In this document: positions 9,218-16,461 of the stretch, in pieces
Layout of the letters: the number at the start of each line of letters is the position of its first letter
How positions within the stretch are numbered: the stretch's first letter is position 1
Assembly (NCBI GenBank): GCA_964396885.1
Contig: CAYNGP010000001.1
Location: 4,766-68,765 of the forward strand
Direction of reading: 5' to 3'
Length of the DNA: 64,000 nt
Source of the DNA: an uncultured Bacteroides sp.
GTDB taxonomy: Bacteria; Bacillota; Clostridia; Oscillospirales; Acutalibacteraceae
Notes under the pieces: model-generated
What the model was told of the DNA's origin: nothing
Database searches by the model: none
Seen by the model: only the letters and a program-made list of their open reading frames with translations
Translations under genes and position numbers: made by a program

Positions 9218-10060
9218 TTACGCTTTATTGTCACTGCCAAAAATTAAAATGTGCTTTTTCGCATTTTCATAAGCACCCTGCACCTCGGCAGCCTGCAAAT
9301 CGTAGTAACCTTTTATACTGTCATTATTATAGCACTTAGAAACAGTGTTTTCAACCATATCAAAGGTTGCAGTTGCAATATTTATCTTTTTTATACCTGT
9401 ATGAGAGCACTTAACAAAATCATCAGGAGTAATACCTGTTCCGCCGTGTAAAACTAATGGCAGGTCCGTGTTTTTCTCAACCTCTTCAAGAATGTCAAAT
9501 CTGAGCTTTGGAGTGCTCTTATAATTACCATGAGCATTGCCGATTGCAATTGCCAAAGCATCAACGCCTGTTTCTTCCTCAAAACGAACGGCATCCTCTG
9601 GCTTTGTGCAGTTTATGGCAATATCCTCAGAGCCGTCCTCACTGCCGCCAACACAGCCAATTTCAGCCTCAACAGAAGCATCATATTCCTCGGCTATTGC
9701 CATAACCTTTTTGGTCATTTCAATATTTTCATCAAGTGGCAGGTGTGAACCATCAAACATAACTGAGGTGAAACCAAGGTCAAGTGCCTGTGAAATCTTT
9801 TCAAGCGTTTTGCCGTGGTCAAAGTGAACAGCTACGGGAGTATCAGCATTTTCAGCCGCAGCAACCATCAACGGACCTATCAGCTCCAACGGACTTTGCT
9901 TTAATCTGACCTCTGCAATCTGCAAAATAACAGGTGCATTAAGCTCCTTAGCAGCCTGCAGAACACCCAGCACCATCTCCATATTCGCAACTGAAAATGA
10001 GCCAACTGCATAATCACCTGCCTGGGCATCTGCCAACAGGTCACGCATATTAACCAACAT
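9218..10060 (-). CDS. iolJ: Class II aldolase, probably 6-phospho-5-dehydro-2-deoxy-D-gluconate aldolase
   Basis: VHFDHG, GNAHG, LVLHGGTG and KINIAT motifs; adjacent to iolC, with a separate housekeeping fba at 61611. Confidence 0.7.
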   Translation of the reverse strand: MLVNMRDLLADAQAGDYAVGSFSVANMEMVLGVLQAAKELNAPVILQIAEVRLKQSPLELIGPLMVAAAENADTPVAVHFDHGKTLEKISQALDLGFTSVMFDGSHLPLDENIEMTKKVMAIAEEYDASVEAEIGCVGGSEDGSEDIAINCTKPEDAVRFEEETGVDALAIAIGNAHGNYKSTPKLRFDILEEVEKNTDLPLVLHGGTGITPDDFVKCSHTGIKKINIATATFDMVENTVSKCYNNDSIKGYYDLQAAEVQGAYENAKKHILIFGSDNKA

Positions 10061-10095
10061 AAATATTACCTCGATTGTTCAATTAATAATTAGAG

Positions 10096-10425
10096 CGAGC
10101 CGACAATAAGCCGAGTTCTGTCGTGGGCAATCATCTATCTCGACGCAGCATTGCTGCTGCGCTCAAGCCATCCTTCAAAGTTATGTGTCGAGCAAACAAC
10201 CCTTTAGTCGATGTTGCAGCGGATAGGGTTTACATGGCAAGGGATGTTACCATCCCCTCGGTGAGCTCTTACCTCGCCTTTCCATCCTTACCTGAAAATC
10301 AGGCGGTTTATTTCTGTTGCACTTTCCCTAAGGTCACCCTCGGCGGCCGTTAGCCGTTATCCTGCTCTGTGCTGCTCGGACTTTCCTCATATTGCAAAAC
10401 AATACGCGATTGCCTCGTCGGCTCG
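10096..10425 (-). ncRNA. rnpB: RNase P RNA (bacterial class A type)
   Basis: Minus strand GAGGAAAGTCCGAGC...GGAAAGTGCAACAGAAA...AGATAGATGATTGC...ACAGAACTCGGCTTA, with terminal P1 pairing CGAGCCGAC/GTCGGCTCG. Confidence 0.95.
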
Positions 10426-10556
10426 TACTTTATATTTTAGAATAAATTAACATTAATTGCAACATTTTTTATAAATTCGTAAATAACTTTTAAAAAATCT
10501 TAGTTGAAAAAGTAATAGATATATAGTAAAATTCTATTTATAAAGAAGGTGATATT

Positions 10557-11822
10557 ATGCCTCGTTTTGACGATGAGGATTTCAGACCAAATAATGATAA
10601 AAGGGACAGAACAGTTCCTAAAGAAGAAAACTATTACAGCTACTCCCCTGTTGATTTGAATTTCAACAGCCGTGAGCAAAATGTTGTCAGGGACAACCAG
10701 ATAAGAAGAGGAATAAATCCCTGTGACAACGTTCCCCCTGTGCAGCAAAACAGCTACACTCCACCGCCGCCGGTACGCAGATTTCAGAGTGAAACCGCCG
10801 GTGACTTTGCACCGCCTGCACCTCCAAGAAGGCGTGCACCGCAAAATGACGGTGATGATAATAAGCCTAAAAAGCGTTTTCATCTTATCAAATCAAAAAA
10901 GAAACGCATAACCACTATTATTTTTGCAGTCATCCTGGCATTAATTCTTATTGTTGTGGGAACGCTCTCCGGTATTATGGGCAGAATAACCTATAATGAT
11001 AAAAAGGAAAACACCTATGTTTCTGCTTCTGAGCTGGAAAGCAGTGCAATGGTTAAAAATATTTTGCTGTTAGGTGTGGATGCCCGTGCAGGTGAAAATG
11101 CCAACGAAACTCGATCAGACACAATGATGCTCGTTTCAATTGATATGAAACACCACTGCATTAAACTCACATCCTTCCTGCGTGACACCTGGGTTTATAT
11201 ACCAAGTCTTGGCTATAATCAAAGACTTAACGCTGCTTGTTCATCAGGCGGATACCAAGGAGTGGTTGATGCTATTGAGTATAACTTTGGTGTTGATATT
11301 GACGGATATGCTGTAGTTGATTTTGAGATGTTTAAGGTTCTCGTTGACAGCCTTGGCGGTGTTGAGGTTGATGTTACCGAGGCTGAGGCTAATGAAGTAA
11401 CAAATCATCCTTACAGATATGGCGATGTTGTTCTTGAATCAGGTAAATACAAGCTGACAGGTGAGCAGGCACTTGCCTACTGCCGAATCAGAAAGATAGA
11501 CACCGATTTTGTAAGAACTGAAAGACAACGCACAGTAATGAGTGCAATACTCAGCGATGCCAAACATTCTAACCCATTTACGCTGTTGAATATGGCATAT
11601 AAGAGTGCACCATATATTGAAACAGATTTAACAAAAGGCGAGCTCAGAAGCTTCGTTATGCGTGCATCCCTCTGTCTTGCCAGTGATGTTAAGCAAACTA
11701 AGGTTCCATTTGAGGGAACATGGGAATACGCAACAATCAGCGGCAACAGTGTAATCAGCATTAATGTTGAAAGCAATAAAGACAAGCTTATTGATTATAT
11801 TTATAATGATGTTTTAGAATAA
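10557..11822 (+). CDS. LCP (LytR-CpsA-Psr) family protein
   Basis: Disordered Pro/Arg-rich N-terminus, one TM helix, then NILLLGVDAR, RSDTMML, SFLRDT, RLNAA and DFVRTERQR motifs. Confidence 0.93.
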   Translation: MPRFDDEDFRPNNDKRDRTVPKEENYYSYSPVDLNFNSREQNVVRDNQIRRGINPCDNVPPVQQNSYTPPPPVRRFQSETAGDFAPPAPPRRRAPQNDGDDNKPKKRFHLIKSKKKRITTIIFAVILALILIVVGTLSGIMGRITYNDKKENTYVSASELESSAMVKNILLLGVDARAGENANETRSDTMMLVSIDMKHHCIKLTSFLRDTWVYIPSLGYNQRLNAACSSGGYQGVVDAIEYNFGVDIDGYAVVDFEMFKVLVDSLGGVEVDVTEAEANEVTNHPYRYGDVVLESGKYKLTGEQALAYCRIRKIDTDFVRTERQRTVMSAILSDAKHSNPFTLLNMAYKSAPYIETDLTKGELRSFVMRASLCLASDVKQTKVPFEGTWEYATISGNSVISINVESNKDKLIDYIYNDVLE

Positions 11823-11839
11823 ACAACTGAATAAAATCA

Positions 11840-11872
11840 GAAAACCGAGGAGCAACTGCTCCTCGGTTTTTG
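11840..11872 (+). terminator. Intrinsic terminator of LCP gene
   Basis: AAAACCGAGGAGCA/TGCTCCTCGGTTTTT hairpin. Confidence 0.8.
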
Positions 11873-11896
11873 TTTAAGATTTTTAATTTAACACAG

Positions 11897-11925
11897 AAAA
11901 AAGGGGTGGCTTGCGCCACCCCTCC
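11897..11925 (-). terminator. Intrinsic terminator closing the surface-protein/peptide cluster
   Basis: Minus strand GGGGTGGC-GCAA-GCCACCCC followed by TTTTTT. Confidence 0.85.
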
Positions 11926-11943
11926 GAGTTTAAGAAATTAGGA

Positions 11944-12048
11944 TTAGTCCCAACCAGCGTTCATGTCTTCAAGACCTGAAGTAGTGATTACGTCAACAGT
12001 CTTAAACTCTTCGATTTCAGCCATTGGCTTTGTATATAACTCTTTCAT
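11944..12048 (-). CDS. Unannotated 34-aa peptide MKELYTKPMAEIEEFKTVDVITTSGLEDMNAGWD with YxxP leader-like motif
   Basis: GGAGG RBS 7 nt before the ATG, 19 nt after the stop of the 997-aa gene, directly before a terminator. Codon choice matches the neighbouring genes (AAG, GCT, ACT, GTT). Confidence 0.8.
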   Translation of the reverse strand: MKELYTKPMAEIEEFKTVDVITTSGLEDMNAGWD

Positions 12049-12067
12049 TACGAATCCTCCAATCTAC

Positions 12068-15061
12068 TTAAGCGTAAGTATATACCATTGGAGCAGCGTA
12101 AGTTACAACAACTTCACCGTCAGCCTTAGCATAAGCAATGAATGCACGAGCAGTCATTGAACCACTCTGAGCTGAGAGACCGTAAGATACTGAGAACTGC
12201 TCAGAAGCTGTCTTAGTATAAGCAGCCTTTACAGCCTTACCATCAACATCATCAAGAGTGATGTCACCAAGGTTACCCTTACCGTAAACGAAACCTGAAT
12301 CAATGTATGTGCAGTCATCAGTCATTGTACGTGTAGCGATAAACTGAACCTTAATCTTACCGCCTTCAGTAATCTCATTATAACCAACGTTACCTACCAT
12401 TGGAACAGCCTCAACGCCGTCCATAATAGCAACAACTTCGATATCCTTACCTACATAGAAGCTGTAAGTGTCGCCATAAGCAACTGTTACGCCGTTAACG
12501 CTCCAAGCCTTAGCGCCTTCCTTAGTTACAGTAACAAGAGTATCGTAAGCTACGTCTGTAGCAACGTCTGCTGTCTCAACACCGTCAACAGTAATTGTTG
12601 CGCCTGTTGCAGTTACTGTGTAGTTAGCGCTCTCATCAAGCTCATACATAGCAATCACTGTTGCAGAAGCTGTAAGAGCAGCGATTTCTTCAGCTGTCAT
12701 TGTCCAACCAACAAATGCATAACCTGAACGAGCAGGAGCATCAGGAATTGTAACCTGAGCTGCATCAGTTACTACCTGTGAGCTTACAATGTTACCATAT
12801 CCATCAGCGAAAATAACTGTGAATGCAGTATCACTATCTTTCTCAAATACAGGAGTATAAGTTACATCAGCAAGAGCTGTAGTTGTGAATGTAGCATCAG
12901 TTGAAACAGTTGTTAAGCCGTTAGCAACCCAACCTAAGAATTTAACGTCGTCGTTAGCTGTAGCAACAAGTGTTACAGTTGACTGAGCAGGAACCTTAAC
13001 AGTTGCACCGTCAGTTACATCAACACCGTTAATTGTTACAACACCTAAATCTGTACCCTCAACAGTTACATTGTAGCCAGCAAGCTTTGTACCAGCAGCT
13101 GTTCTTGTGTCTGTAGCTACGCCACACTCGTCACAAGTAGCTGTCTCTGTACCGTCAGCATCTACAGTAGCATCGTTGTTGTATACATAGTTTGTGAAGG
13201 TATGAGCCTTCATTGAACCAGCGTCAGCGATTGTGTCAGTTGCGTCACCGCAAACGTCACAAGTAGCTGTCTTTGTACCATCAGCGGTGCAAGTAGCATC
13301 GTTGTTTGGTGCGTAGGTTGTGAATGTATGAGCATCTGTCTTTGTACCAGCAGCTGTTCTAACATCTGTAGCTACGCCACAAACATCACAAGTAGCTGTC
13401 TCTGTACCGTCAGCAGCACATGTTGCATCGTTGTTGTATACATAAGTTGTGAATGTATGAGCATCTGTCTTTGTACCAGCAGCTGTTCTAACGTCTGTAG
13501 CTACGCCACACTCGTCACAAGTAGCTGTCTCTGTACCGTCAGCTGCACATGTTGCATCGTTATTGTATACATAAGTTGTGAAGGTATGAGCCTTCATTGT
13601 ACCAGCATCAGCGATTGTGTCAGTTGCGTCGCCGCAAACGTCACAAGTAGCTGTCTTTGTACCGTCAGCAGTACATGTAGCATCGTTGTTTGATACGTAG
13701 TTTGTGAATACGTGCTCGCAAGTAAGCTTAGCAAGAGTATCTGTGTAACCGTTGCCGCAAGCACACTCGTACTTGTCATAGCCTTCCTCAGTTACAGTAG
13801 CATCCTTATGATCTACTACTACGAAATTACAGTCAACAGTCTTAGTTGTTGTACAACCGTTAACGCAAGCAATAGCATGCTGGTTGTTCTCAAGTGCTGT
13901 TAAAGCACCTGTGTAGCTGTGCTCTAACTTTGAACCTTCATCAGTGATTGTGTCTGTAGCTTCACCACATTCACAAGTAGCTGTCTTTGTACCATCTGCT
14001 AAACATGTAGCATCGTTGTTTGATACATAGTTTGTGAATGCGTGCTGATGCTCTTCTTCACCGCTACCGTTTGGATTTGCCCAAACTACAGCAGCATTAG
14101 CGAATGTATAAGGTGTATCATCGATTGTTACTATGTAATTCTCTTCACCTACTACAGGATTCATACGATAGATAGGCTCTAAAATACAACCACCATCGTC
14201 TGATTCAGGAGTAAATACATCAGTAATCTTACACTCTTTCTGAACCTCAAAGTAAGCTGTACCTGCAACAACACCAAACTGTCCCTGCCATGGTCTTTCT
14301 TCAGCAGTACCGATGTAAGTCATAATTTCAGCAGCACCGTTGGTGAATAAACCATTAGCAAAAGCAATACTCAGCACACCATCCCAGTTTATCAAGCTTG
14401 GGAATGAGATGTTTGTTTTAGTCATGGTATTATAGAACTGTGAACCAGTTGCACCAGCAAGTGAGTTTGTAGCCTCAGTTACATATCCCCACTTATCACG
14501 AGTACCGGTAATTTCACCGTTATAATAACCAGGTCTTAAGCATTCAGCGTCATAGCGCACACGAATCTGTCCGCAATTAAGAATATCTACGCCGCCGAAC
14601 TCACTGGTGAGAGCGATTCTCTGACCAACCTTTAAAGTAGCATTAGGGTCAAGAATCTGATCCTTTGTAGCTTCATAAGTGCATGAAGTATCATAAGTAT
14701 AATAGTTTCTGTACTTAGCTTTAATATCATCGATATTACCCTTAGTACCAATATCTGATACTGTAAAACCAAATACAGGTTTGTAATGGTCACGTAAATC
14801 TTCGTTATAGAATACAATACCATCAAGATCGTCGATATCACCGAATGATGCATCGCTTGGACCCTCTGGATGTTCATCTGAAAGCACTTCACTGTTATAG
14901 CCATCGAAATATGGCTCTGAAGTGATTGTTGATGGGTCAACACCATCATCTATCCACCATTTTCTGTTGTTCTCTGCAGCGAAAACAGTAAATGGCATTG
15001 AACAAATAATCATAAGAATTGCAAGCATTGAAGCAAGAACTCTTTTAAAAGTTTTGTTCAC
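12068..15061 (-). CDS. Secreted 997-aa surface protein: signal peptide, possible cohesin-like N-domain, His/Cys repeats, InlB-B/Flg_new-like repeats, C-terminal beta domain
   Basis: GTG start with GGAGG. Signal peptide ending PFTVFA; repeats HxFTxYxxNNDATCxxDGTxTATCDxCG; FLGW/FVGW motifs; C-terminus ARAFIAYAKADG...TYA. No LPXTG or SLH seen. Confidence 0.8.
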   Translation of the reverse strand: MNKTFKRVLASMLAILMIICSMPFTVFAAENNRKWWIDDGVDPSTITSEPYFDGYNSEVLSDEHPEGPSDASFGDIDDLDGIVFYNEDLRDHYKPVFGFTVSDIGTKGNIDDIKAKYRNYYTYDTSCTYEATKDQILDPNATLKVGQRIALTSEFGGVDILNCGQIRVRYDAECLRPGYYNGEITGTRDKWGYVTEATNSLAGATGSQFYNTMTKTNISFPSLINWDGVLSIAFANGLFTNGAAEIMTYIGTAEERPWQGQFGVVAGTAYFEVQKECKITDVFTPESDDGGCILEPIYRMNPVVGEENYIVTIDDTPYTFANAAVVWANPNGSGEEEHQHAFTNYVSNNDATCLADGTKTATCECGEATDTITDEGSKLEHSYTGALTALENNQHAIACVNGCTTTKTVDCNFVVVDHKDATVTEEGYDKYECACGNGYTDTLAKLTCEHVFTNYVSNNDATCTADGTKTATCDVCGDATDTIADAGTMKAHTFTTYVYNNDATCAADGTETATCDECGVATDVRTAAGTKTDAHTFTTYVYNNDATCAADGTETATCDVCGVATDVRTAAGTKTDAHTFTTYAPNNDATCTADGTKTATCDVCGDATDTIADAGSMKAHTFTNYVYNNDATVDADGTETATCDECGVATDTRTAAGTKLAGYNVTVEGTDLGVVTINGVDVTDGATVKVPAQSTVTLVATANDDVKFLGWVANGLTTVSTDATFTTTALADVTYTPVFEKDSDTAFTVIFADGYGNIVSSQVVTDAAQVTIPDAPARSGYAFVGWTMTAEEIAALTASATVIAMYELDESANYTVTATGATITVDGVETADVATDVAYDTLVTVTKEGAKAWSVNGVTVAYGDTYSFYVGKDIEVVAIMDGVEAVPMVGNVGYNEITEGGKIKVQFIATRTMTDDCTYIDSGFVYGKGNLGDITLDDVDGKAVKAAYTKTASEQFSVSYGLSAQSGSMTARAFIAYAKADGEVVVTYAAPMVYTYA
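13081..14044 (-). repeat. Intragenic tandem repeats of 126-129 nt (42-43 aa): five contiguous copies (13081-13714) plus one upstream copy
   Basis: Repeated DNA CACAAGTAGCTGTCT(C/T)TGTACC and protein unit H-x-F-T-x-Y...DATC...TATCDxCG. Confidence 0.9.
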
Positions 15062-15078
15062 TTAACATTACCTCCATA

Positions 15079-16209
15079 TTATTTTATTTCAAATCCATTA
15101 TATTTTGCACCGGAACAAGAATAAACTATACCGGCATCTGCAACTGTCACTCGACCATCGCCATTCAAGTCGCATACAGAACCCAACTTGTTTTGGTAAA
15201 CCGGACCGGCATCAGCTACAGTAATTACAGCATCTACCATAAAGTTACAAGCGATAATAGGAATAGTTAGCCCAGTTATATCCTCATTACCCATAGTGAT
15301 AACTATATCCTCACGAGGTAATGCGTAGGTAGATGATATTGAAGCATAATACGTACCCGTCGGCAACGCATCAATTGTAAATAGATTTGAAGCTTCAGTA
15401 TTATCTGTTTTTTCAGTATATACTGTGTTAATTGTTTTAATTGGCTCCGTTTCCTCTGTAAAATCAGGAGTATCGTAAACATTTATGGTATAAACACCAT
15501 AAGGCACTTTGTTATCTGTAGAACCTTTTGAATTCTTCATTATAACTAAAGAACCGCTTACGCTGTGACCATTAGACGGAGTGATGTCACAAGTCATAGG
15601 GTATAACACCCCGTTATAATTGCCGGCATCCTCGTTTGATACCAAGGCGTATTCGTCGGCATGACCATCATTATAGTTAACCTGAACGAATGTATGGTGC
15701 GGATTGGTTGACGGAATAATTACATCAGCTGCATCGCAATCTGATGTAAAAGTGATAGACATAGTAGCAACCACCTGGCCGTCAGAATTTATGCTTGAAT
15801 AATTTGCATTATCCGAAACAAAACCAAAAACGAGATTTCCGCTTGCATTATCAACTACAGTACCCATTGATGTAACATCTGCAAGTTCATCACTCATTAA
15901 TGAAAGCGAATTGCTGTCAATAGAAACGGATGAATCATAGGTAGCTGTAAATTGAAGTGTTGAAAAATTTTCTACACCCTTTATGTTGAAACTAACATCA
16001 TAAGTTCCGGCAGTTAATTTGTTGCCGTCAACTTCTACATCATCTTTGAAATAAGTACAATAAATCTCCGGAGATTCATCTCCCAATTCAGCCGCAAAAA
16101 CGGTCATATCGGGAGCTAAAAATGTAAGCATTGCTATCAACATAACTACTGCAGCAGAAGCCGCAACAGCAAACATTGTTAAAGAATGCTTTTTTTCGCA
16201 CTTAAGCAT
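15079..16209 (-). CDS. Secreted cohesin-like + X-module + dockerin-like protein (adaptor-scaffoldin architecture), 376 aa
   Basis: ATG at 16209 with GGAGG; signal peptide ending TVFA. Cohesin-like YDVSFNIKGVENFSTLQFTATYD...NLVFGF...VVATMSITF. C-terminal CNFMVDAVITVADA...CDLNGDGRVTVADA. Confidence 0.7.
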   Translation of the reverse strand: MLKCEKKHSLTMFAVAASAAVVMLIAMLTFLAPDMTVFAAELGDESPEIYCTYFKDDVEVDGNKLTAGTYDVSFNIKGVENFSTLQFTATYDSSVSIDSNSLSLMSDELADVTSMGTVVDNASGNLVFGFVSDNANYSSINSDGQVVATMSITFTSDCDAADVIIPSTNPHHTFVQVNYNDGHADEYALVSNEDAGNYNGVLYPMTCDITPSNGHSVSGSLVIMKNSKGSTDNKVPYGVYTINVYDTPDFTEETEPIKTINTVYTEKTDNTEASNLFTIDALPTGTYYASISSTYALPREDIVITMGNEDITGLTIPIIACNFMVDAVITVADAGPVYQNKLGSVCDLNGDGRVTVADAGIVYSCSGAKYNGFEIK

Positions 16210-16407
16210 ATATACCTCCGTAGAACTAACATCTTCGAAATTACTTTTCATCAATACATAATACCTTCATCAATGACTGACATAGACAAACGTCTTTTCA
16301 AACTGTTCATGTCGATAGATTCCGGTTAGCTTTCAAAATAAAAATTCAATTATAGGTGTTTTATAATAAACGAATTATAAAAATTCATGAATTGTCGAAT
16401 TAATGTT

Positions 16408-16441
16408 ACCGAAGCGGCAGGGTTACCCCCGCCGCAACGGA
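16408..16441 (-). promoter_or_regulatory. GC-rich intergenic stem-loop after the 2144-aa gene (partial terminator or mRNA-stabilising hairpin)
   Basis: Minus strand CCGTTGCGGCGGGGG-TAA-CCCTGCCGCTTCGG with no clear U-tract. Confidence 0.55.
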
Positions 16442-16461
16442 AAAATTTAATAGTAGACTAA

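Noticed and set aside
10123-10353. 76-aa plus-strand ORF
   Set aside because: Antisense to the RNase P RNA gene.
11944-12048. Classical lasso peptide precursor
   Set aside because: No Asp/Glu at core positions 7-9 and no lasso cyclase or B protein nearby; retained only as an RRE-leader-like peptide.
11963-12160. 65-aa plus-strand ORF in the track
   Set aside because: Overlaps antisense the 997-aa gene end and the better supported 34-aa peptide, which has an RBS and terminator.
13328-13693. Cys-rich 121-aa plus-strand ORF resembling a RiPP precursor or metallothionein
   Set aside because: It is the antisense shadow of the repeat region of the 997-aa gene and has no convincing RBS.
13081-13714. 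Regular DNA repeats suggesting a CRISPR array or DGR template/variable repeat
   Set aside because: Units are in-frame 126-129 nt coding repeats without unique spacers; no cas or reverse transcriptase gene is in the window.
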